Position numbers and translations under genes: made by a program
Origin: Candidatus Liptonbacteria bacterium
Lineage (GTDB): Bacteria; Patescibacteriota; Minisyncoccia; UBA6257; 2-01-FULL-56-20
Direction: 5' to 3'
Length of the DNA: 58,907 bases
Assembly (NCBI GenBank): GCA_016186635.1
Contig: JACPLI010000003.1
Coordinates: 1 to 58,907 of the forward strand
Notes under the pieces: model-generated
Database searches by the model: none
What the model saw: the letters and a program-made list of their open reading frames with translations, nothing else
What the model was told of the DNA's origin: nothing
Shown here: in pieces, positions 38,218 to 47,077 of the stretch
Layout: the number at the start of each line of letters is the position of its first letter
How positions within the stretch are numbered: the stretch's first letter is position 1

Positions 38218-39048
38218 ATGGAAAAAATCCTCAAGAACAAAGTCGCGCTCATCACCGGCGGCAGCCGCGGCATCGGCAAGGCAATCGCCGAGGCCTACTT
38301 GAGAGAGGGGGCGAAAGTAATGCTCGTCGCACGAAGCCGCGAGGAGCTGAAAGCCGCGAAGGGAGAACTCAAGAAATTTGGCGAAGTGGAATCCTGCCCG
38401 GCGGATGTCTCGCGGGCGGGAGACGTGAAGGCGGCGGTTGAAGCCACGTTCCGTGTATTCGGGAGAATTGATGTTTTGGTGAACGGCGCGGGGGCTTACG
38501 GCCCTATTGGTCCTTCGGAGGAAGTGGACTTCGAGAAGTGGAAGAATACCTTTGAGATAAATGTGTTTGGGACATTTCGCATGATGCAGGAAGTGATTCC
38601 GCACATGCAGCGGCAGAAGTCCGGAAAAATTATCAACTTCTCTGGCGGGGGAGACACGGCGCTCCCGCGGTTCAGCGCGTATCACGCCTCGAAAGGCGCG
38701 ATTGTGCGGCTCACCGAGACAATCGCCGCGGAAGTGAAAGAATATGGCATCGAGGTGAACTGCTTTGCTCCCGGCGCGGTGAACACGAAGTTCCTCGACG
38801 AAGCGCTCGCGGCGGGCGAGGAAAAAGTGGGAAAGGAGCGGTACGAAAAACTTTTGAAACAAAAAGCCGAAGGCGGCGTGTCTCCCGAAAAAGCGGCGGC
38901 GCTTTGCGTCTTCCTCGCTTCATCCGCCTCGGATGGGCTCACGGGCAAATTCTTGAGCGCGGTCTGGGACGAGTATCCAAAATGGGGTCCCAAAGAAATC
39001 GCCGAAATTATGAAGACGGATCAGTATACCATGCGCCGGAAAGTTTAG
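38218..39048 (+). CDS. SDR oxidoreductase (paralog of 32110-32940)
   Basis: TGGSRGIG, NGAG, FSAYHASK, APGAVNT. Confidence 0.88.
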   Translation: MEKILKNKVALITGGSRGIGKAIAEAYLREGAKVMLVARSREELKAAKGELKKFGEVESCPADVSRAGDVKAAVEATFRVFGRIDVLVNGAGAYGPIGPSEEVDFEKWKNTFEINVFGTFRMMQEVIPHMQRQKSGKIINFSGGGDTALPRFSAYHASKGAIVRLTETIAAEVKEYGIEVNCFAPGAVNTKFLDEALAAGEEKVGKERYEKLLKQKAEGGVSPEKAAALCVFLASSASDGLTGKFLSAVWDEYPKWGPKEIAEIMKTDQYTMRRKV

Positions 39049-39077
39049 TTGACGAAAAGTATCCTTTCTTGTATTCT
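39049..39077 (+). promoter_or_regulatory. Internal sigma70 promoter
   Basis: TTGACG-N17-TATTCT. Confidence 0.55.
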
Positions 39078-39126
39078 CCTGAAGTTGTAGTTTATGTCAT
39101 AGTCATCGTTATCGTCATTGTTTTCA

Positions 39127-39735
39127 ATGTATAAACCCTACATCGAATCCTACTTCGCCGAGGCGAAGCAAATTATTGATGGGATTGACCACGCCGCAAT
39201 CGCGCGGATGATTGAGGTTTTGAAAGGCGTCCGCGAGAAGAAGGGGCGGCTTTTTATTTTGGGCGTGGGCGGCGGCGCGGGGCACGCGAGCCATGCGGTA
39301 AATGACTTCCGGAAAATCGCAGGTATTGAGTCCTACACTCCCGTGGACAACGTGGCGGAGTTCTCCGCCCGCGTGAACGATGACGGCTGGGATTCGGTAT
39401 TCGCGAAGTGGCTTGAGGGGAGCCAGCTTGGTTCGCGGGACGCGGTGCTCGTCTTCTCCGTGGGAGGCGGAAACGCGGAAAAGAAAGTGAGCGTGAATAT
39501 CGTGGAAGCGCTGAAGCACGCGAAGAACGTAGGCGCGAAAGTGTTGGGTGTCGTAGGGCGCGACGGGGGATATACAAAGACGGTAGCGGATGCGTGTGTC
39601 GTGGTGCCAGTCGTAAATCCGGACACTGTGACCCCGCACACGGAAAGCTTCCAGGCGGTGGTCTGGCACCTCATCGTGAGCCATCCGCATTTCAAGAAGC
39701 ACGAAGGGAAGTGGGAGACGGTGCAAAAAGCGTAA
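39127..39735 (+). CDS. SIS-domain phosphosugar isomerase (GmhA/LmbN-like)
   Basis: LGVGGGAGHASH, ARVNDDG, FSVGGG, GRDGG, TPHTE. Confidence 0.85.
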   Translation: MYKPYIESYFAEAKQIIDGIDHAAIARMIEVLKGVREKKGRLFILGVGGGAGHASHAVNDFRKIAGIESYTPVDNVAEFSARVNDDGWDSVFAKWLEGSQLGSRDAVLVFSVGGGNAEKKVSVNIVEALKHAKNVGAKVLGVVGRDGGYTKTVADACVVVPVVNPDTVTPHTESFQAVVWHLIVSHPHFKKHEGKWETVQKA

Positions 39736-39815
39736 TGTTGAGCGGTTAAGGTCAGGAAGCCCGTCAACTTTCACCCCTAAACAAAACCGGCGTCGTAACC
39801 CTTACCTATCCGCCA

Positions 39816-40367
39816 ATGAAGAAAACAGTCTTTCTCGACCGCGACGGAACGCTTATCGAGTACGTTCTCGAGCTCACGAAGCCAGAGCAACTCAAAATCC
39901 TTCCCGGCGCGGTAGAAGGAGTAAAAATGCTGAACGAAGCGGGGTTTTTGTGTATTATCCTCACGAACCAGCCCATTATCGAAAAGGGGAAAATCACCCA
40001 GGCGGAGGCGGAGGAAATTAACCGGGTACTTGCAGAACAATTCGCCGCGCAAGGGGCAATAATTGATGGGGCCTACATTTGTCCGCATCGTTTCAAAAAT
40101 CCCCAGCATTGCACCTGTCGCAAGCCCGATCAGGGGATGGTGCAGGAAGCCGTAAAGAAATTCGACATTGATCTCTCCCAAAGTTTCATGGTGGGAGACT
40201 CCTTGCGCGACATCGAAACCGGCAAACGCGGAGGTATGAAAACTATTCTTATCGGGGGAGGGCAGGGTGGTACCGAAGATGCAAAATTTTTTCCGAATAC
40301 CGTGCCCGACTACACCGTGCCCGATATGAAAGCCGCGGCGGAACAGATTCTTCGCCTTACCGAATAA
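39816..40367 (+). CDS. Second GmhB-like bisphosphate phosphatase (LmbK-like candidate)
   Basis: FLDRDGT, TNQP, CPH..CTCRKP, MVGD..RD. Confidence 0.87.
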   Translation: MKKTVFLDRDGTLIEYVLELTKPEQLKILPGAVEGVKMLNEAGFLCIILTNQPIIEKGKITQAEAEEINRVLAEQFAAQGAIIDGAYICPHRFKNPQHCTCRKPDQGMVQEAVKKFDIDLSQSFMVGDSLRDIETGKRGGMKTILIGGGQGGTEDAKFFPNTVPDYTVPDMKAAAEQILRLTE

Positions 40368-40370
40368 ATG

Positions 40371-40414
40371 TTTGCACCATTCTTTATCCCACGTGGGATA
40401 AAGAATGGTGCAAA
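40371..40414. repeat. Perfect 44-bp palindrome with no spacer, between convergent genes
   Basis: TTTGCACCATTCTTTATCCCAC|GTGGGATAAAGAATGGTGCAAA. Confidence 0.9.
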
Positions 40415-40526
40415 GAAATAAGCGATAGAAATGACTACGGGGACTTGTCTGCCTTCGCTAGTGAGCGAATGGCGAACAGTCCCCGTAATTTTTTTAAGCC
40501 CTTTCTTCTTAAATTTGAATTGTTGG

Positions 40527-41435
40527 TTATATCACCGTTTCTCGGAGGCGTTCCGCAGTCGCCTGATGCGACCAGAGGATGTTCCATTCGCGTCCCTCGG
40601 GGTTGCCGTCGTAGATGCTTGTCCATTCAAGCGTTCCGAGGTTGTTGAGAATAGGAATGAGCATCCCGAACATAACAGCATGGTGGCGGATGTAGAACTC
40701 CAGCATGTAGTCAGGCGCCATGCCCTGCGTACTACGGAATGCTGTAGCGAATGTCTGGATGAGGCGGTGCAGGTAGGCAGGGAAGTAAGGGTTCCCCAAA
40801 CTCACGACACTGTTCGCTCGAGGGAAAATAAAGACCTGTCCGGTACGGACCCCTCCAGCGACGGTTATGAGTTCTTCATCCCACACGACAGACGGCGAAG
40901 GAGAAGAAGGTCCTGCTACTTCCTGTATCCCCGCTCTCCATCCACGCAGTTCGTCCGAGTTTCTCATCGTCCGTTTCCGATAGATATGGAGGTGGTCGTG
41001 CCGTATGTTTCCTGCCGCGAGATCCCCGCGTTGGGTTGAGATCTGCACATCCGGTTCCTTGTCCTCGATGATGGTCTTTCTCACGATATGGACCGCGGCG
41101 TCGATTCCTTCTCTTCCGCCCATCGAACGTGTTTGTTCCTCATCCCAACACTGGTCAGTTAAAATCAGTTTGTGATAAGGCTCGGGTGCGAAGAGAGATT
41201 TCGCGAGGCGCCATGATTGGTAGCCAGTTTCTTCCACGTTGAATCTTCTCAAAATTTCCTCATCAGGGAGCTTGGCGAAGCGGCAGGTGCTTGCGTTGTG
41301 GATGTCGAGCGCCGGTTGCCATCGACGATTAAACTTCCCGGCTTCGGGCATCTTTTTCTTTGCTCCAGCTACGGATTTGAATCCGCCCGGCCACGATTGG
41401 ATGATGTTTCCTTCGGGTGTTATTTCTACGTTCAT
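40527..41435 (-). CDS. Hypothetical protein with a HIT/GalT-like HxHxH motif
   Basis: PEPYHKLIL, GDLAAGNIRHDHLHIY; SD AAAGGA; upstream TTGACA-N16-TAAAAT on the minus strand. Confidence 0.6.
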   Translation of the reverse strand: MNVEITPEGNIIQSWPGGFKSVAGAKKKMPEAGKFNRRWQPALDIHNASTCRFAKLPDEEILRRFNVEETGYQSWRLAKSLFAPEPYHKLILTDQCWDEEQTRSMGGREGIDAAVHIVRKTIIEDKEPDVQISTQRGDLAAGNIRHDHLHIYRKRTMRNSDELRGWRAGIQEVAGPSSPSPSVVWDEELITVAGGVRTGQVFIFPRANSVVSLGNPYFPAYLHRLIQTFATAFRSTQGMAPDYMLEFYIRHHAVMFGMLIPILNNLGTLEWTSIYDGNPEGREWNILWSHQATAERLRETVI

Positions 41436-41567
41436 AGTTCCTTTCGAATCTGGTTGATGTTTTTGGTTTGGTTTTCGCCCAACAATTCCAGTATTAAGTT
41501 GTCATTATTGAGCTGGCGATATTTTATAACATTTTTCCCTTTTGTCAAAAGGTGCTACACTTTCTGA

Positions 41568-42311
41568 ATGCAAAACAAAATTACGCAGGCAGTGATTGCG
41601 GCAGGGGGGCAGGGAACGCGGCTTCGCCCCACGACGGAGACGATTCCCAAAGTGATGATTCCCATATTAGGGAAGCCCATGTTGGAGTGGCACGTGGAGC
41701 AGTTCAAGAAGCACGGCGTCAAGGAATTTTTCTTCACGCTCCAGTACTTGCCGGAGGTGATTACCAATCACTTCGGCGACGGCTCGAAATGGGGAGTGAA
41801 AATAAATTACTTTGTGGAAAAGGAGCCGTTGGGCTCTGCAGGAGGCATCAAAGCATTCGAGAAGCAATTGGGCGATGAATTCTTCTTTATCTACGGCGAC
41901 ACGTTCAGTTTGGTGGACTACACGAAGATGACGGAGAACTGGGCGAAGAAGCCCGCGGACGCCTTGGGCATGCAGCGGATGAAAAAGACGCAGGACTATG
42001 CGGATGCGGACGTGGCGGAGCTTGACGCGGACGGGAAATTCGTGGCAATCCACACGAAGCCGCACACCGCAACGTATCCCAACGCCCACCGCATGCGGGG
42101 GGTTTTCATCATGCGGAAAGAAATTCTCCAGTATGTGCCGGAGAACACCGCATACGACCTTGGGAAGAAACTTATGTCCGATATTGTGAAGCGCAACCTG
42201 AAGTTCTATAGCTACGAGTGCGATGATTATTCAAAGGGGATTGATACGATAGAGAAATGGAAGGAGGTGGAAGAGAATGTGCGGAAACTTCAGTCCGAAG
42301 GGAAGGCCTAG
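41568..42311 (+). CDS. NDP-sugar pyrophosphorylase (HddC/LmbO-like)
   Basis: AAGGQGTRLRP..IPKVM, EKEPLGSAG, YGD. Confidence 0.87.
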   Translation: MQNKITQAVIAAGGQGTRLRPTTETIPKVMIPILGKPMLEWHVEQFKKHGVKEFFFTLQYLPEVITNHFGDGSKWGVKINYFVEKEPLGSAGGIKAFEKQLGDEFFFIYGDTFSLVDYTKMTENWAKKPADALGMQRMKKTQDYADADVAELDADGKFVAIHTKPHTATYPNAHRMRGVFIMRKEILQYVPENTAYDLGKKLMSDIVKRNLKFYSYECDDYSKGIDTIEKWKEVEENVRKLQSEGKA

Positions 42312-42351
42312 AAAAGAAAAGAACCGAGGGTGAGTCGGCTCCTTCTTTTTT
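42312..42351. terminator. Probable bidirectional terminator
   Basis: AAAAGAAAAGAACCGA-loop-TCGGCTCCTTCTTTTTT between convergent genes. Confidence 0.55.
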
Positions 42352-42423
42352 GTTGGTTGAAAGTGTTTTGCCTTAATCCTTGAGGTCAACCGTTTCCTCA
42401 AGGGTTTTTGCGGTGCGTGATGG

Positions 42424-43296
42424 TTAGTCGGCGCCGACGTTTTTCTGGAGAATGTCAAAGAGTTTTGGAACGAGTTCTGGGTGTCCGGCGACGAATCCCA
42501 GAACTTGCTGGTCGGTGTCGTAATCGTACCGCCCAAGTTTTTGGACGGGTTCAATCTTTCCATCCACGACATGGAAACATTGAAATGCCCCGTCTGCTTC
42601 AAGCACCATTGGCATGCCGCCGCACCAGTCCCATGGCATTTGCGGGGATTGAACAATGGCGTCAATGCGCCCGGCGGCGACAAGCGCAAGCCCGAGTGCT
42701 CCCGATTCCGCGATGCCGCGCGGCTTCAGGTTTTTTGGAAGCGCGGTCACGAATTTCCCGTAGGTGTCGGTGCGTGACACGTCGATCCCGAGGTACACAA
42801 GAGGTTTCGGGTCCCGCGCGCCGATGGAAACTTGGGCCGGTTCCGCTGCGCCATGTTCCCAGAGGAATACGCCTATGCCCCTTTCCCCCGCGATGGTAAG
42901 CCCGCCACGCACCTCCGGCGCGTGGATGACGCCGCCGACGTGCTTCCCGTTGCGCCCCACGCCGATTGCGGAACACCACTGGAACAGTTTCCGGCGATTT
43001 GGCGTTGTCCCGTCAATCGGGTCCAGCGAAAAGGCGCGTTCGCCGGTGAAATCTCCCGGGAAAGGATTGCCTTCTTCCTCCGCAAGGAAGGTCGCGTCGG
43101 GGAATTGATCGTGAAGCTTGGCGATTGCGATTAGTTGCCCTCCGGTGTCCGCCTCGGTGAACGAGGCGGTTTCGAATGTTGGATGCGGCTTGGTTTTTAT
43201 CTCTGTTGCCCACTTGCCACTCGCAATCAGGTTTCCGACCTTAATCGCGGTGTTCATTGCGGCCGCCATTTCTTCCGAGAAGTTTATAACAGTCAT
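42424..43296 (-). CDS. Inositol monophosphatase family protein
   Basis: TEAD, AEE, LDPIDGT, VAAGRID, PWD. Confidence 0.88.
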   Translation of the reverse strand: MTVINFSEEMAAAMNTAIKVGNLIASGKWATEIKTKPHPTFETASFTEADTGGQLIAIAKLHDQFPDATFLAEEEGNPFPGDFTGERAFSLDPIDGTTPNRRKLFQWCSAIGVGRNGKHVGGVIHAPEVRGGLTIAGERGIGVFLWEHGAAEPAQVSIGARDPKPLVYLGIDVSRTDTYGKFVTALPKNLKPRGIAESGALGLALVAAGRIDAIVQSPQMPWDWCGGMPMVLEADGAFQCFHVVDGKIEPVQKLGRYDYDTDQQVLGFVAGHPELVPKLFDILQKNVGAD

Positions 43297-43419
43297 AGGT
43301 TTAGTTGTGTTTGATTCTGGCTAGTCATGCCGGTTTGTTGTTGGTAAGACGACTGGGCGGAATTGAACCAGATTCTGGCTCGTTTGTAAACACGTATGCG
43401 CTTTGCTACGCTGTAGAGC

Positions 43420-44250
43420 ATGGCGTCTCCCAAAGTAACCATTATCATCGCCACCTACAACCGCACCCAGTATCTCGGGCGCGCGATTGAGTCCGCACAG
43501 GCACAGACCCTCAAGGACTGGGAAATGATTGCGGTTGAAGACGGCTCTCCCGATAACACGAGAGAAGTTGTGGCGGGGTACGCCGCGAGGGACCCGCGGG
43601 TGAGGTGCCTCTCCATTCCGCGCGCGGGGCGCATTGCGATTGTCTCGAACGCGGCGCTCCGCGAAGCGCGGGGCGAGTACATTGCGATTCTGGACGACGA
43701 CGACTGGTGGCTCGACCCGAAGAAGCTCGAAAAGCAGGCCGCGTTTTTGAATACGCACCCGGATTATGTGGGATGCGGCGGGGGAATCGTCACCGTGAAC
43801 CCGGAGGGCAAAGAAACCGGACGGGTCCTGAAACCGGAGACGAACGAGCGCATCAGAGCTTGCGCGCTCTACGCGAATCCGATGGCGAACTTGACCACGA
43901 TGTTTCGGCGGAGCGCCGCCGAGAAGGTTGGCAGGTACGACGAGACCATGCTCCAGTTCGCGGACTGGGACTTTTGGCTGAAGATGGGGCTTGAAGGGAA
44001 ACTTTACAACTTCCCGGAATACTTTGCCGCGTACCGCATGTGGGAGCGCGGGGCGTCATTCTCGAAGCAGCGCGAGATACGCATCTGTACGTGGCGCATC
44101 ATCCACCGGTATCGCGGGACGTATCCCGGGTTCGCGCGCGCGGTGGCGTTCGCCGTTTCGTACTCAATTTACTCGTGTCTGCCGCAAGGGCTCAAGAAGG
44201 TATTGAATGCGCCGCTCTCACGCCTCAAGAAGGCGCTCTTCAGTAACTAG
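43420..44250 (+). CDS. Glycosyltransferase family 2
   Basis: IIATYNR, EDGSPD, ILDDDD, DWDFW. Confidence 0.9.
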   Translation: MASPKVTIIIATYNRTQYLGRAIESAQAQTLKDWEMIAVEDGSPDNTREVVAGYAARDPRVRCLSIPRAGRIAIVSNAALREARGEYIAILDDDDWWLDPKKLEKQAAFLNTHPDYVGCGGGIVTVNPEGKETGRVLKPETNERIRACALYANPMANLTTMFRRSAAEKVGRYDETMLQFADWDFWLKMGLEGKLYNFPEYFAAYRMWERGASFSKQREIRICTWRIIHRYRGTYPGFARAVAFAVSYSIYSCLPQGLKKVLNAPLSRLKKALFSN

Positions 44251-44287
44251 TAATTGGTAATTACGCAATTACTATTTACCCAGTTAC
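44243..44287. repeat. GTAATT/AATTAC hairpin spanning two convergent stop codons
   Basis: GTAACTAGTAATTGGTAATT-ACGC-AATTACTATTTACCCAGTTAC. Confidence 0.6.
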
Positions 44288-45750
44288 GAGTGCATAATTG
44301 CTTGCTTCGCTTCTCTGAGCGACGGCTCCTTGAGGAAGTAGAGCACGGCGCCGTAGATTGCCGCGCCGAGCGCCACGGAGAGGAGCACGGGGAGCTTGAT
44401 GCTCATAAAGAGGAGCACCCCGCCCGCCATGATGGCGGTTGCGGTGAAGGCGATGGAGAGGCGGGGGAGGACGCTGAAGGGGTTCTCCTGCTTCACTTTC
44501 CTCCGGAGGTAGGCGGTGGAGCACACTTGCGCGATGAGCGTTGCCCATGCGCACCCCGTGATGCCGAAGGAAGGAATCAAGAGAAAATCGAGCGCGACAT
44601 TGAGTACGCCTCCTATCGCCGCGTATGCGGTGAGGAGCTTCGGGCGGTTGTAGGCAAATGCGGCGTGGGCGAGCACCACGACGGGGAAGTCCGCAAGGAG
44701 GGTGAGCATGAGGATTTGGAACGGAGCGGTGCCGGGGAGGAATTCGCTCCCGAAGAGAAGCTCGATAATCTGCGGCGCGAGGAGGAGGCCCCCCGCGGCG
44801 AGCGGGAGCGCCATGATGAATACGACCGCGAGCGTACGCTCAAGCGTTGAGCGCATCTGCGCCCTGTGGTTGTCCGCAAGGCGGGAGAATGTCGGGAATG
44901 CGCTCGAGGCGAGGATGCCGGGGAGCAGGTAAAGGAGCTGGACGACGCGGTACGCGGCGGAGTAGAAACCGACCTCTTCCGCGGAGCGAAGCCAGCCGAT
45001 GATGAGGATGTCAGTGTTAATCATAAGAATGCCGAGGAGCGAGGCGATGGAGAGCGGCCAGGCGGCGGAGAGGATGGGCCTGACGAGGCGCTTTGAAAAG
45101 CTCGCGATGAGATTTCTCGGGATGTATCCGCGGAGCACCACGAAGGTGAGCGCGGCGCCGATGCCGGTGCCCACCGTATAGCCCCACGTGAACGACTCCG
45201 CCGTCGGCGAGAGCAGAAGGAACCCGAATCCCGCGAGGACGATGGCGACGTTTGTCGCGAGGAAGAGTCCCGCTTCCCACTCCATCCGCTCGAGCGCGCG
45301 GGTAATCGCGGCGCCGAACTCGCGGAGCGTGTCGAAGGCGAGGAGGAATGCGATGATGGGGAGTATTACCTTCGCTTCTTCGATGGTGGTGAACCACGGC
45401 GCGGCGACGAGGATGATGAGTACGCCGAGGAGAAGGAGGACGAGCTTCAGGGAGAGGGTGGTGGAGAATACCCGCGCACGGTGCGCGGGGTCATCATTCT
45501 TCGCGGTTTCTCGGATGAGGAATTGGCTGAGCCCCACGTCGGTGAACGGCGTGAGGATTGCGGCGAGCGTTACGCCGTAGGAGAACACACCCCAGCCCTC
45601 GGCGCCCAAGATGCGTGCGCCGTAGACAATAATGATGGCGCGTATGAAGCGCCCTCCGAAGTTTGAGATGCCGAGCCAGACGACATTTTTGATGACCGTC
45701 TGGCGGGTGGTGGTGTTATTGAAGAGGAAGGATTGTACCCGCTTCAGCAT
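44284..45750 (-). CDS. wzx: Wzx-type polysaccharide flippase
   Basis: Many TM segments; KNVVWL, ARILGAEGWG, DVGL, D..IIGW..SAEEVGFYSAAYR, LIPSFGITG; start 7 nt below TACTAT. Confidence 0.88.
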   Translation of the reverse strand: MLKRVQSFLFNNTTTRQTVIKNVVWLGISNFGGRFIRAIIIVYGARILGAEGWGVFSYGVTLAAILTPFTDVGLSQFLIRETAKNDDPAHRARVFSTTLSLKLVLLLLGVLIILVAAPWFTTIEEAKVILPIIAFLLAFDTLREFGAAITRALERMEWEAGLFLATNVAIVLAGFGFLLLSPTAESFTWGYTVGTGIGAALTFVVLRGYIPRNLIASFSKRLVRPILSAAWPLSIASLLGILMINTDILIIGWLRSAEEVGFYSAAYRVVQLLYLLPGILASSAFPTFSRLADNHRAQMRSTLERTLAVVFIMALPLAAGGLLLAPQIIELLFGSEFLPGTAPFQILMLTLLADFPVVVLAHAAFAYNRPKLLTAYAAIGGVLNVALDFLLIPSFGITGCAWATLIAQVCSTAYLRRKVKQENPFSVLPRLSIAFTATAIMAGGVLLFMSIKLPVLLSVALGAAIYGAVLYFLKEPSLREAKQAIMHS

Positions 45751-45783
45751 GTGGTGTATAGTACTGCAATATGATGGGAAACA

Positions 45784-45887
45784 CGAGTACATAATATTTC
45801 GCAGGGACGCTATCTGCGGCTTACTGCCGCAGCGCTCTCTCTCCCGCCGTCGCGGTCCGAGAAGCCCTGCGAAATATTGTGTACTCG
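45784..45887 (-). other. Structured three-way-junction element, copy Y
   Basis: 23-bp outer stem; core matches 18789-18852 when read on the minus strand. Confidence 0.65.
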
Positions 45888-45912
45888 CAATCCTGCTTAC
45901 TACTTCTGCGTT

Positions 45913-46410
45913 ATGGAAAATAGTCCGAAGAAAAAAATCATGGTTGCGGTGAGCGGCGGGTTTGACCCGATTCACGTGGGGCACATCCGCCTTTTCGAGG
46001 AAGCGAGGAAACTGGGTGACGAGCTCGTCGTGATTTTGAACAACGATAACTGGTTGCACAAGAAAAAAAGGCATGTATTTATGCCCGAGGCGGAACGGAA
46101 AGAAATAATAGAAGCGTTAAAGCCGGTGGATCGGGTGGTGCTCACCAAACACGGCAAAAATCCCCAGATTCCTCATGACATGAGCGTTTCCCGCGAGCTC
46201 GAAGAGATTAGGCCGGATATTTTCGCGAACGGAGGGGACCGAGACGAGAAGAATGCGAGTGATCCGAACTCCTCGCTCTATGCGGATATCGAAACCTGCA
46301 AGAAACATGGAATCAAGATGATATTTAATATCGGGGACGGGGGGAAAGTGCAGTCCAGCTCCTGGCTCCTCAAAAATTATCTGGAGAAAGTTTCCAAAAA
46401 GGAGAAATAG
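45913..46410 (+). CDS. Cytidylyltransferase-like protein (TagD/RibL family)
   Basis: SGGFDPIHVGH, NND, ANGGDR, KVQSSS. Confidence 0.85.
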   Translation: MENSPKKKIMVAVSGGFDPIHVGHIRLFEEARKLGDELVVILNNDNWLHKKKRHVFMPEAERKEIIEALKPVDRVVLTKHGKNPQIPHDMSVSRELEEIRPDIFANGGDRDEKNASDPNSSLYADIETCKKHGIKMIFNIGDGGKVQSSSWLLKNYLEKVSKKEK

Positions 46411-46431
46411 CCGTGTGCTACAATTAAACAA

Positions 46432-47055
46432 ATGAGCAGGAAAGATATATTGGCGTCAATTCTTGCAGTGTGTGCCCTGCTTGCGGCGGGGGGCATGTGG
46501 TATTTCTCCCGGAGTGCCGCAGATGCCGTAAATGATTCTCTAAAAAATCAAATTTCGTTTGGGCAAACACTCGCTTCTCTGAACAAAACAGCGAATATGC
46601 TCCGAAGCGAGCTCGCTTCAAGTAGTCGCGCAATGCAGTCGCTCACGCAAGACTTTCTGCTAGTGAAATCCGTGTGTCAATCAGATCAATACTGTAACGA
46701 GCGTTACCGCAACGCATTGATAGGAGCGTTGCTGAAAAAAAATGGACTGGTGGTGGAAAAGGAAGAATATCAATCGAGCGGATTGAATTTCTATAAATAT
46801 TTTTTAGAACCTCCTCGCGTTCCCACGCGGGGCCCGAGTTCGCAGGAGGGAGGTCCTTTAGGTTCGGAACTCTTGGCGTTCATAAAAAATAACTGCCCTG
46901 CAAGCATAAGCATACCTGGGCTTTTATCGGTAAAGTATCGCTATAGAGTAGCAGACACAAAAGTAGCCGAAATTCTTATGAACGACGACAGTAACGATAT
47001 TACGTGCGCGTGGATAATAGACGAATCAGCAAAAACTTTCACAAAGCTTCAGTAA
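46432..47055 (+). CDS. Hypothetical membrane-anchored protein
   Basis: N-terminal TM, coiled coil, four Cys beyond the TM; extended -10 TGcTACAAT 7 nt above ATG; visibly AT-richer than neighbours. Confidence 0.7.
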   Translation: MSRKDILASILAVCALLAAGGMWYFSRSAADAVNDSLKNQISFGQTLASLNKTANMLRSELASSSRAMQSLTQDFLLVKSVCQSDQYCNERYRNALIGALLKKNGLVVEKEEYQSSGLNFYKYFLEPPRVPTRGPSSQEGGPLGSELLAFIKNNCPASISIPGLLSVKYRYRVADTKVAEILMNDDSNDITCAWIIDESAKTFTKLQ

Positions 47056-47077
47056 GAGAGGGTATCAATTCCCTCTA

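Noticed and set aside
39096-39120. GTCATN hexamer repeats upstream of the SIS gene
   Set aside because: Only four degenerate units with no other support.
32110-42311. A complete lincosamide antibiotic gene cluster
   Set aside because: No propylproline, condensation, mycothiol/ergothioneine-transfer or resistance genes are present; the context is glycosyltransferases and a flippase.
43350-43375. tRNA T-loop-like GGTTCAATTCC on the minus strand, and a 10-bp direct repeat GATTCTGGCT
   Set aside because: The T-stem does not extend, there is no acceptor/D/anticodon arm, and the repeat is too short to call an att site.
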